The notes: generated from the letters alone by a model not told the origin. A stretch of 64,000 nucleotides of DNA from an uncultured virus (IMG/VR IMGVR_UViG_3300034082_002096) (IMGVR_UViG_3300034082_002096), one strand, 5' to 3'; shown: positions 17,335-24,639, numbered from the stretch's first letter. Made by a program: numbers and translations.

Positions 17335-19179
17335 TTACCAGATACCAGATAGTTTCTTCAATTCGGTAATTATTTTTTTATTATTTTCTTCTGATTCATT
17401 ATATTGAACTTCTCGCATAAAATATCTAGATGCCCAATCTGGACTTATATTAAAGTTTGATGGGTCTGTATCGTTTTCACTTGCTTTAACTGATTTAAAT
17501 TTATTGAATAAATTTTCTTCATCTTCGTCAAAATCACCATAAGATTTTTTATTTGATAAACTTTTAATGTTACTTTTTATTTCATAGCTGTCTATGTTAT
17601 ACCAATCTTGGTTAGACATAACATCACTAGCAACCATGAATGCATCTTCATTGTCATATGAATCACTATCATTAAAAGATTCATCTAATACTTCAACAAA
17701 ATCTTCCAAACTCATAGAAATAGTTATAGGTGATTGCATATTAGAAACATCATAATTAATTCCAATTTGATAATTTCTATTTGCACGATAAACTAATTTC
17801 ATTAGCAATTCTATATATTCGCTGAAACCTTGTTCATTTTTTATATTTTTAATTTGGCTACTTTTAATCATTGAGTAAACTAAATCACGATGATACTTGC
17901 TGTTTACTATTTTTTCGGATATTTCTTCTTTAACAAGATATGAACTTATATTCTTTCTTATATTCAAATCATTTGCAATTTTTTGCAAGTATTCGTCTGG
18001 CAATCTTTCTATCACCATTAGATATTCATCAGTACTAAATTTTATTTCGTATGATAGCGTTTCCATTTCTCTGTCATCTAATTCTTCTTTACCAGCAGCT
18101 TGTACAGCATTTTTTAAATAATCAAATGATATATCATCTGCAAATTCTTCAAAATTGTCCCATTCTTTTAATATTACTTCTTGAGTATCTACTTTTATTT
18201 CGTGAATTTCTGGAAGTTGCGATTCATCAATTTTATATTCTATCTTGCTTATAATTTCTGGTGTTGCACCATATTTTCTTAACAAGGGTGATAAAGCCCC
18301 ACCATATACATCTAAATCTGGGTTGGCATCAAATACTTCTTTTTTCTGAGTTTCAGATAAATCAGAAAATTCAAAGTTCATTTCTGGTCTATAACCACCA
18401 CCACGAATTCCTTTTATCAATTTTTTATTTTTTAACAGTTCTATGATATATGGATAAAACTTAGGTATAGGTTTTTGATTGTGTGCACCTTTCATTTCTC
18501 CCAAATATCCATTTTCCCACAAAATAAAAGTCATCATCACTATCCAATTACCATCTTTATTTTTGTTTCTAAAAGATAGTATTCTTTGTCCAGATTTTGC
18601 AGTAGGAACGTTTCCACAATGTCCACCAGCAGATGCTTCATCATCACAACCACCACGAGGCAATAACCACCATGCAGAATTATCCTTGAACTGTATTACT
18701 ATTTTATCTTCTGGTCGGATAACAGCAAAAGGTCTTTTATTTTTCTTCCATTCATTTTCAAATTCATTAAAATCGTTTAATATTTTACCAACAGACTGAT
18801 TTGTAAATGTATAGTTTTGTATTTTTCCTACATCAGACAAACTCATAAAGTGTTCTAAATTTCTTTTGTCATTGTTGGTAATGGTTTCACCGAACCCATC
18901 ATTTTCCAACTGTTGGTTATCTCGAATTAATTTATTTTTTAATTTTGATAGTGTTTCTGGGGTTTCTAATGTAACAATATATTTTATATATCCATATTTT
19001 ACATGCTTCAAATACCATATTATTCTATCTGATTTCTTCAAATGAGTTTTAGCCCATTCTATTTCTTGCTTATAATTTACTAAGTAAGATTGTATTAAAT
19101 TGTTTTCTAGATATGGCAACACAAAATTAAACATGGTTTCATAATCTTGTGCTTCTAGTAAAATACGAATATTTTTCAT
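17335..19179 (-). CDS. large hypothetical protein, probable internal head/ejection protein
   Basis: N-terminus MKNIRILLEA; C-terminus LKKLSGIW; E..AGGHCG...SFR...EMKG..NQKP core; TATAAATA at 19200-19207. Confidence 0.7.
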   Translation of the reverse strand: MKNIRILLEAQDYETMFNFVLPYLENNLIQSYLVNYKQEIEWAKTHLKKSDRIIWYLKHVKYGYIKYIVTLETPETLSKLKNKLIRDNQQLENDGFGETITNNDKRNLEHFMSLSDVGKIQNYTFTNQSVGKILNDFNEFENEWKKNKRPFAVIRPEDKIVIQFKDNSAWWLLPRGGCDDEASAGGHCGNVPTAKSGQRILSFRNKNKDGNWIVMMTFILWENGYLGEMKGAHNQKPIPKFYPYIIELLKNKKLIKGIRGGGYRPEMNFEFSDLSETQKKEVFDANPDLDVYGGALSPLLRKYGATPEIISKIEYKIDESQLPEIHEIKVDTQEVILKEWDNFEEFADDISFDYLKNAVQAAGKEELDDREMETLSYEIKFSTDEYLMVIERLPDEYLQKIANDLNIRKNISSYLVKEEISEKIVNSKYHRDLVYSMIKSSQIKNIKNEQGFSEYIELLMKLVYRANRNYQIGINYDVSNMQSPITISMSLEDFVEVLDESFNDSDSYDNEDAFMVASDVMSNQDWYNIDSYEIKSNIKSLSNKKSYGDFDEDEENLFNKFKSVKASENDTDPSNFNISPDWASRYFMREVQYNESEENNKKIITELKKLSGIW

Positions 19180-19215
19180 TCAACTCTTCCTTTTAGATAT
19201 ATTTATATCTAAATT

Positions 19216-19578
19216 TTATATTAGAGTTAAACCATTTTCTCGGTCTAAGAATTTATATTCTATTTTTATAGGATCAAATATTTTAATTTTTTCAAGAACT
19301 TTATCTATGTCTAGTGATCCACATGTGTAAACATCTAATTGCATAAGGGCTGGATCAGTTTCATCCCAAATATGCATAGCGATATGACTAGTTTCAATTA
19401 TAGTAACACAAGTCAATCCACGGTTTCCAGCAACATCTAAATATTTTGCGTATGGTCCCATCAATATTTTCATATCTATGTCTTTTACCAATTCAGAAAT
19501 CCATTTACATGCCCATTCTTCATTTATGGGTGGATTTTTTACTTCTGCACGAATTATAAGATGCTTGTGTTCTAACAT
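19216..19578 (-). CDS. speD: S-adenosylmethionine decarboxylase proenzyme
   Basis: GLT...IETSHIAMHIW.E...QLDVYTCG. Confidence 0.9.
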   Translation of the reverse strand: MLEHKHLIIRAEVKNPPINEEWACKWISELVKDIDMKILMGPYAKYLDVAGNRGLTCVTIIETSHIAMHIWDETDPALMQLDVYTCGSLDIDKVLEKIKIFDPIKIEYKFLDRENGLTLI

Positions 19579-19613
19579 ATATTATTAACTCCATGTATAA
19601 TACTTTAAATTAT

Positions 19614-19871
19614 TTATCTATTTTGTAAGATATATTGTATCACTATATCATTATGGACTTTTACCATAAAATGTGGATATCGTAAAAAAGAGTTTCTTCC
19701 ATATGATAGTTTTCTAGCAATGGTTTCGAGTTCTACTAATTTTGGATTTAGTTTTATTACTTTGCATACCGCCATAGAGCCTTTTGTTCCACCATCTGCT
19801 GCGACAACAATATCTCCAACTAATAATGGTTCTCCAAAAAAGTCAACGTGTTCTATTATTTTTTTTACCAT
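19614..19871 (-). CDS. hypothetical protein
   Basis: DFFGEPLLVGDIV motif, common in small phage SH3-like proteins. Confidence 0.65.
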   Translation of the reverse strand: MVKKIIEHVDFFGEPLLVGDIVVAADGGTKGSMAVCKVIKLNPKLVELETIARKLSYGRNSFLRYPHFMVKVHNDIVIQYILQNR

Positions 19872-19932
19872 ACAATAACCTTGGTGTTAATTTTTTATAT
19901 TTAATCGTAAATATAATTGAAAGGAATGCACC

Positions 19933-20271
19933 ATGGAGTTTACTATATTACAAGTTGGAGACGTAGCTATAAAGCTGTCTAGTTTATTAACGCCAATTAT
20001 TATGGCATCACTTACTTATATGTTAACTATATGGTTTAAAGACTTTTTAAGCAGAATAGCAAAAGGTTGGCTATTCAAAATGAATGATCAATTTAATGAA
20101 AGCGATAAAGTTATATTAGATAATGAATATGCTATTATCGTAAAAATGGGTGTTACTCATACAGTGTTTGGAATTGAAAAAGCAAATGGTGATTATACTT
20201 GGAGATATGTCCCAAATGAAACAATTCATACTGTTAAGCTTGAAAAGATCGTTTCTCAAAAAGAAACTTAA
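19933..20271 (+). CDS. small membrane protein, MscS-core-like
   Basis: TM helix followed by F...D.V.LD...A.I..MG...T.F...VPN; AAGGA RBS. Confidence 0.6.
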   Translation: MEFTILQVGDVAIKLSSLLTPIIMASLTYMLTIWFKDFLSRIAKGWLFKMNDQFNESDKVILDNEYAIIVKMGVTHTVFGIEKANGDYTWRYVPNETIHTVKLEKIVSQKET

Positions 20272-20275
20272 TAAT

Positions 20276-20366
20276 TGGCGGAACATACAGGATTCGAACC
20301 TGTGGCAGGCTATTAACCTGCGACGGTTTAGCAAACCGCTGGTTTAAACCACTCACCCAATGTTCC
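20276..20366 (-). tRNA. tRNA-Ser(GCT)
   Basis: Anticodon arm GCGGT-TT GCT AA-ACCGT; long variable arm. Confidence 0.92.
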
Positions 20367-20374
20367 GTTATTAA

Positions 20375-20448
20375 TGGTGGAGGCGAAGGGAATTGAACCC
20401 TCTGACAACAATCTTGCAAGGATCATCCGTAACCCCATTACCGCCCCC
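20375..20448 (-). tRNA. tRNA-Ala(TGC), reduced D-arm
   Basis: G3:U70 acceptor GGGGGCG/CGCCTCC; anticodon arm TGATC-CT TGC AA-GATTG. Confidence 0.75.
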
Positions 20449-20454
20449 ATATTT

Positions 20455-20688
20455 TTATTTTTGTGTTTCTAACTTTAAATTCAATATAAAGTTTTCAACT
20501 AATAGTTTTGTCATCGCAGCCATCGCAACATCAAGTTTTTGATCATTTTCAATATTATTGATAATTTGAATGACACTAGATGCCATTAAGCGATATGCTG
20601 TAGTTTCGTCAACTCGAAGATAGCCCCATTCTATGGGGTCAGTTATTTCTACTTGTTGTGCTAAATCTGCTAAATCATTTACATTCAT
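20455..20688 (-). CDS. hypothetical protein
   Basis: DPIEWG...KLLVENFILNLKL. Confidence 0.7.
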   Translation of the reverse strand: MNVNDLADLAQQVEITDPIEWGYLRVDETTAYRLMASSVIQIINNIENDQKLDVAMAAMTKLLVENFILNLKLETQK

Positions 20689-21131
20689 CTTGGATAATAT
20701 ACCATTTCTACTTCATCATAGCCTTCGTAATCGCCATGTTCAATTGCATCATCATCTAAAAACTCATCGTCAACAACAAACCCAAGACTACTATACCACT
20801 TAATTAGTTTAACAGTATCAGTAACATACTTTGGGTCTTTGGAGTAAGCTTTGGCAATCAAATGTAATCTTACATGATGTTTATCTGCAAGATTAGTTAG
20901 TATCTTCATAGCTTCTGTTCCCGCACCAGTTCTTGGTAATAATGATCTTATATCAGATATATGAATATCTTTATCATAAGCTGAAACTTCTATAGAAGCA
21001 TTTTTTAAAATACGTGATCTGCTATCAAATGGATGCTCTGTAGTTATTTTATCAATATCTGCCAAAAATGCAGTAGTATTATCACTTCTTCCGCTACCAA
21101 GCTTTATTCTTGTTACCTCAAATATTTTCAT
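20685..21131 (-). CDS. GNAT acetyltransferase-like protein, probably virion-packaged
   Basis: R.GAGT..M...LADKH...LIKWY..LGF; N-terminus MKIFE; TATAAATA at 21153-21160. Confidence 0.75.
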   Translation of the reverse strand: MKIFEVTRIKLGSGRSDNTTAFLADIDKITTEHPFDSRSRILKNASIEVSAYDKDIHISDIRSLLPRTGAGTEAMKILTNLADKHHVRLHLIAKAYSKDPKYVTDTVKLIKWYSSLGFVVDDEFLDDDAIEHGDYEGYDEVEMVYYPR

Positions 21132-21168
21132 AACTATCTCCAACTATAGTTATATTTATAAAAATATT

Positions 21169-21244
21169 TGGCAGGGGCAGCAGGGCTTGAACCCGCGACC
21201 TACGGTTTTGGAGACCGTCGCTCTACCAACTGAGCTATACCCCT
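21169..21244 (-). tRNA. tRNA-Trp(CCA)
   Basis: Anticodon arm ACGGT-CT CCA AA-ACCGT; GCCA end. Confidence 0.93.
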
Positions 21245-21247
21245 ATT

Positions 21248-21430
21248 ATAGACTTTATTATTGAAAGAACTCTATAGGGTAATTACTCCTATTCGGGGAC
21301 ATTGTTTGCAACCAATGTTTGATCCCAACTTTTGTGTTACAGAGTCGAACTGTCCCTGCCCCGCGAAAGGGGGCTATGCATCCGCTTACAACTTACACTA
21401 CTTGTCTGCTCTCTCAATAATAAAGTCTAT
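21248..21430 (-). ncRNA. ~180-nt RNA closed by a long terminal stem
   Basis: 17-bp IR ATAGACTTTATTATTGA/TCAATAATAAAGTCTAT; internal T-loop-like ACAG-TTCGACT-CTGT. Confidence 0.6.
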
Positions 21431-21516
21431 TATAATAAAACTTTATATTATGTAGTTCACGTTTCATATCCATAGTTTTATTGACATTACTATTTATATA
21501 AAACGTGAACTCTATG

Positions 21517-21589
21517 CTGGGGATGGAGGAATCGAACCTCCGTGTGTCAGGACCAAAGCCTGATGCCTTACCAACTTGGCTAATCCCCA
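21517..21589 (-). tRNA. tRNA-Gln(TTG), no encoded CCA
   Basis: Anticodon arm TCAGG-CT TTG GT-CCTGA. Confidence 0.9.
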
Positions 21590-21595
21590 ATAAAA

Positions 21596-21787
21596 CCATA
21601 TAAAAACACACTAGACCACTTATGCTACATGACCAAGGCCAAGGTAGGTGAACCAATCCTACATCTATCAGATACCACTCCGATCACATTAATCAAAAGT
21701 CGTCAACTACCTTTGATTGGGTTATATTGGTCTATTCAATTAATAATCGTTGACGACATATTATTAATCTAGTGTGCTTATATATGG
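21596..21787 (-). ncRNA. ~190-nt RNA closed by a long terminal stem
   Basis: Imperfect IR CCATATAAAAACACACTAGA / TCTAGTGTGCTTATATATGG; internal GTCGTCAAC/GTTGACGAC stem. Confidence 0.55.
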
Positions 21788-21908
21788 TGCCCCCACGACG
21801 ACTTGAACGCCGGACCCCCTGATTATGGAAATACACCTTGTGAACTTATCGTTAAATATTTCTCGTGTATTTTCAAATCAGGTGCTCTACCAACTGAGCT
21901 ATAAGGGC
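21785..21908 (-). tRNA. tRNA-Thr(TGT) interrupted by a 48-nt insert (21826-21873) within the anticodon
   Basis: Removing the insert gives a canonical 76-mer: GCCCTTATAGCTCAGTTGGTAGAGCACCTGATTTGTAATCAGGGGGTCCGGCGTTCAAGTCGTCGTGGGGGCACCA. Confidence 0.85.
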
Positions 21909-21926
21909 ATAAAAGTATTTATGTTT

Positions 21927-22112
21927 TCACATAATACCTTTTTCTTCCAAAAGTTTTTCATTGGTTTTTCCAACAACTGCTAAGATAAGTATTGCAAAAA
22001 CTCCAAATAAAAACCCACCAAGTGCCCAACCAATTTTATTACGACCACGTGACTCTGCCATTATTGCACCAATTATTGCAAAAATAACAGCAAATATTAA
22101 TATTAATTCCAT
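21927..22112 (-). CDS. small membrane protein
   Basis: A..RGRN..GW..GG..FG..A motif; two TM segments. Confidence 0.7.
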   Translation of the reverse strand: MELILIFAVIFAIIGAIMAESRGRNKIGWALGGFLFGVFAILILAVVGKTNEKLLEEKGIM

Positions 22113-22141
22113 AGTATCCCTTTCTGTAGGACTAAGTTAAG

Positions 22142-22278
22142 ACAGATTGTATTTTCTACTTTTTTAACCAGAAAATCGAAAACTGGTGTGGCATCGTAGA
22201 TTACACCAATACCGAAGTATTCCATAACCGGACGTTGATAGCCTGTGCTAAGTTTTATAGTTTGGCTGTATACAATCT
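22142..22278 (-). ncRNA. stem-closed CAGC-motif RNA (multi-hairpin payload)
   Basis: AGATTGTA-TACAGCCAA ... TACAATCT-GT; internal AATAC-TTCG-GTATT. Confidence 0.7.
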
Positions 22279-22288
22279 TAATTCGTTT

Positions 22289-22415
22289 ACTGGATCAACT
22301 TTTATACGGCGTCCTACCACTAGACGAACTGCCCATAATAATTATGGTGGGCAGTAGAGGAATCGAACCTCTGTTCACGGCTTGGAATGCAATTAATTGT
22401 TGCTGTAATGATCCA
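22289..22415 (-). ncRNA. stem-closed CAGC-motif RNA carrying a permuted tRNA
   Basis: TGGATCA-TTACAGCAA, TTCCAA, T-arm AGAGG-TTCGATT-CCTCT, ACTGCCCA-CCA-linker-TGGGCAGT, D-arm, TGATCCA-GT. Confidence 0.85.
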
Positions 22416-22618
22416 AAATTCTATTATACTGTTTGTCTAATTTTTTCTGCAACATGAGAAGGTTGAACACGCACTTCATAATCATCAATAACATAACCTA
22501 CTTCTGACTTATCCCATGCACCAACGCCTTTTACTTTGACGTGAGTTTTACCAATAACATATTCGTATTCTTTTTCGTCTACTGTAATCTTGCGGTAAGC
22601 CATAGTATTTCCCTTCTT

Positions 22619-23146
22619 TTAAAAATATTTATAAGTTATAAATTTTACTATTTCTAATATTCTATTTTTATCAACACCATATTTTCTACCAAGTGCCCTA
22701 CTTCCAAAATTTTTATCACTCTTGATATAATTTTTTCTAATATATTCTACATCTTCTTCTAATAATGCTCTACTATTATAGGATGCTTTCTTTTTTGAAA
22801 CTATATTATGTTCCATTAGACCATTGCGTAATGCGTGTTGCATATTTTCTTTTGGTGTAACCCATTCTAAATTCGAATAATGATTATTTATTTTATTTCC
22901 ATCAATATGATTTACTTCTATAAAATTGTTAACATTTTCTACAAAACATTTTGCTACTTCTCTATGAAGTCTAAAACATTTATTTGTTCCATTCCTTCCA
23001 CCTATTTTAGTGGATATTAGAACATATCCTGTTTTTGATATAGAAGATGTCAAAATCTTATTTGTTCGTAAAGAAAACAAATTTCCATGATCACTTATAA
23101 GAAATAAATCTTCATATCCTATAACTTTTTTCCAATTTTCATTCAT
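22619..23146 (-). CDS. NUMOD4-HNH homing endonuclease
   Basis: ENWK.V.GYE..F.ISD.G (NUMOD4); HREVA..F; VNHIDGNKINNHYSNLEWVT..EN..H. Confidence 0.92.
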   Translation of the reverse strand: MNENWKKVIGYEDLFLISDHGNLFSLRTNKILTSSISKTGYVLISTKIGGRNGTNKCFRLHREVAKCFVENVNNFIEVNHIDGNKINNHYSNLEWVTPKENMQHALRNGLMEHNIVSKKKASYNSRALLEEDVEYIRKNYIKSDKNFGSRALGRKYGVDKNRILEIVKFITYKYF

Positions 23147-23165
23147 ATTTCATTCTTTGTTTTAA

Positions 23166-23249
23166 TGGTAGCCGTACCCGGACTTGAACCGGGAAGCATA
23201 AAGCGTCAGATTTTAAGTCTGATGTGTTTACCAATTTCACCATACGGCC
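23166..23249 (-). tRNA. tRNA-Leu(TAA)
   Basis: Anticodon arm TCAGA-CT TAA AA-TCTGA; CCA. Confidence 0.92.
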
Positions 23250-23278
23250 ATCGTTAGTAACCTAATCTTTATAAGAAA

Positions 23279-23355
23279 TGGTGGCCCCAGAGCGACTTGA
23301 ACGCCCGACCCAGAGATTAGAAATCTCTTGCTCTATCCAACTGAGCTATGGAGCC
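23279..23355 (-). tRNA. tRNA-Arg(TCT)
   Basis: Anticodon arm AGAGA-TT TCT AA-TCTCT; A20 in the D-loop. Confidence 0.93.
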
Positions 23356-23363
23356 GTATTATA

Positions 23364-23425
23364 TCAGGATGATTGGTTGCTTTTTTGATTACAAGTCAAG
23401 TGCATTGATTTGCTGAAATCATCCT
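23364..23425 (-). ncRNA. stem-closed CAGC-motif RNA carrying a Thr(TGT) anticodon stem-loop
   Basis: AGGATGATT-TCAGCAAA ... TTGA-CT TGT AA-TCAA ... AATCATCCT-GA. Confidence 0.8.
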
Positions 23426-23480
23426 TATAACATTTAATGAGAATAACTAACAGTTAGTCTTATAAAATATTATAGTATTA

Positions 23481-23558
23481 TGGAGGCAGGGGAGGGATTC
23501 GAACCCCCGAAACAACGGATTTGCAATCCGCACCATTAGGCCACTCTGGCACCCTGCC
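23481..23558 (-). tRNA. tRNA-Cys(GCA)
   Basis: Anticodon arm GCGGA-TT GCA AA-TCCGT; TCCA end. Confidence 0.92.
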
Positions 23559-23574
23559 ATTTTAGTTTGTAGTT

Positions 23575-23651
23575 TGGTAGGAGATCAGGGAGTCGAACCC
23601 TAAATTCAGGTTTATGAGACCTGCGTGTTAAACCATTTACACCAATCTCCC
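23575..23651 (-). tRNA. tRNA-Met/Ile2(CAT)
   Basis: Anticodon arm CAGGT-CT CAT AA-ACCTG; CCA. Confidence 0.85.
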
Positions 23652-23670
23652 AAAAGTTTTATTTCTATAT

Positions 23671-23732
23671 TGTCAAAGAGCGATAGTTCGTTTCGTTAAG
23701 CTAGTTATACTTGATTCGCTTAGTGCTGTCAA
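23671..23732 (-). promoter_or_regulatory. GANTC-containing sigma70 promoter (23704-23732) plus boxA-like site (23671-23681)
   Basis: TTGACA-GCACTAAG-CGAATC-AAG-TATAAC, then GCTCTTTGACA. Confidence 0.75.
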
Positions 23733-23741
23733 GAACATTTT

Positions 23742-23818
23742 TGGTAGACCCTTTCGGACTTGAACCGAAATATTCAATCTTATGAGGATTGTTCATTCAC
23801 CAATTATGATAAAGGTCT
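23742..23818 (-). tRNA. tRNA-Met/Ile2(CAT)
   Basis: Anticodon arm CAATC-CT CAT AA-GATTG; CCA. Confidence 0.82.
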
Positions 23819-23886
23819 ACAAAGAATGTTCTTGTTTTCGTATTATCATACTAACTCATATTGAAGTTAGTGTCAAGAGGTATTTT

Positions 23887-23942
23887 ACAGGATCATCTTG
23901 GTTTTTTCAAATAAAAAATTTAAGATTTGCGGAACTGATCCT
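23887..23942 (-). ncRNA. stem-closed CCGC-motif RNA
   Basis: AGGATCA-GTTCCGCAAA ... TTAAA-TTTTTTA-TTTGA ... TGATCCT-GT. Confidence 0.75.
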
Positions 23943-23951
23943 AAGTATTAC

Positions 23952-24003
23952 ACAGAATAATTTTGTTTGTATTTGCGAACATTAATGTTGCTGAAATTAT
24001 TCT
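23952..24003 (-). ncRNA. stem-closed CAGC-motif RNA (short)
   Basis: AGAATAATT-TCAGCAAC ... AATTATTCT-GT. Confidence 0.7.
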
Positions 24004-24016
24004 TAGAATTTTTAAT

Positions 24017-24091
24017 TGGAGCGGGTAGTGGGAATCAAACCCACTTCATTAGCTTGGAAGGCTAAGGCAACAATCAATATACCATACCCGC
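24017..24091 (-). tRNA. tRNA-Gly(TCC), second and atypical copy
   Basis: Same acceptor and anticodon arm as the 11427 copy; D-loop lacks GG; T-loop TTTGATT. Confidence 0.85.
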
Positions 24092-24311
24092 AATTTGCCC
24101 ACCATTTTTGGTTCATAATAAAAATGGTGGAAAAGTAATTTTCATTATGCTAGGATTCGAACCTAGACCATAGTGCTACTATGGAACCGATACAACTACT
24201 AATCACTTCTATTTAATAGCAGGGGCAACCGTCATAGTTTGCACTACGCTGCCGTTGTTATCCCCCGCCCGTGTTCATACCGAGATATGAACAATTTTTT
24301 ATAACATTTTG

Positions 24312-24385
24312 CTCTGGCGGTTGGGGTCGAACCAACGACATTCAGATTAACAATCTGACGCAACTACCAACTGTGCTACGCCAGA
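24312..24385 (-). tRNA. tRNA-Asn(GTT), no CCA, acceptor stem extended by flanking IR
   Basis: Anticodon arm TCAGA-TT GTT AA-TCTGA; flanks TATAACATTTTGC/GCAAAATGTTATA. Confidence 0.88.
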
Positions 24386-24400
24386 GCAAAATGTTATATT

Positions 24401-24460
24401 ACAGGATCATTTGTTTTTCAAACCAAAATTGAATTTTTATAACTTTGCGGAACTGATCCT
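24401..24460 (-). ncRNA. stem-closed CCGC-motif RNA carrying a Gln(TTG) anticodon stem-loop
   Basis: AGGATCA-GTTCCGCAAA ... TTCAA-TT TTG GT-TTGAA ... TGATCCT-GT. Confidence 0.8.
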
Positions 24461-24524
24461 TAACTTTTGTGATAGATTACTCTATCAAATTCTTGCGGTT
24501 TACAGGTTTATCGCCCTACGCTAG

Positions 24525-24639
24525 TAATCTGTTTTCATCTGTGCCTTAACTCGTTTATTCATAAACGAACAGGCTATTCCACGTTAAGTAGGATTTGGCT
24601 AAACACCAATTTTTACCACACACAGATGAAAACAGATTA
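24525..24639. ncRNA. RNA closed by a 19-bp perfect inverted repeat
   Basis: TAATCTGTTTTCATCTGTG / CACAGATGAAAACAGATTA. Confidence 0.55.

Noticed and set aside
20375..20448. Possible tmRNA end (GGGGGCG...CGCCTCCACCA with a reduced D-arm)
   Set aside because: Only 74 nt with a normal TGC anticodon arm and no tag-reading frame; called tRNA-Ala.
21826..21873. Group I intron or archaeal BHB intron in tRNA-Thr
   Set aside because: 48 nt is too short for a self-splicing core, and no 3-4-3 bulge-helix-bulge could be drawn.
22619..23146. HNH gene as an intron-encoded endonuclease
   Set aside because: It is flanked by an intact tRNA-Leu and a separate small ORF with no interrupted host gene; treated as free-standing.
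22142..24460. Repeated AGGATCA/CAGCA elements as a CRISPR array
   Set aside because: Irregular spacing, stems that vary with compensation rather than identical repeats, and no cas genes in the window.
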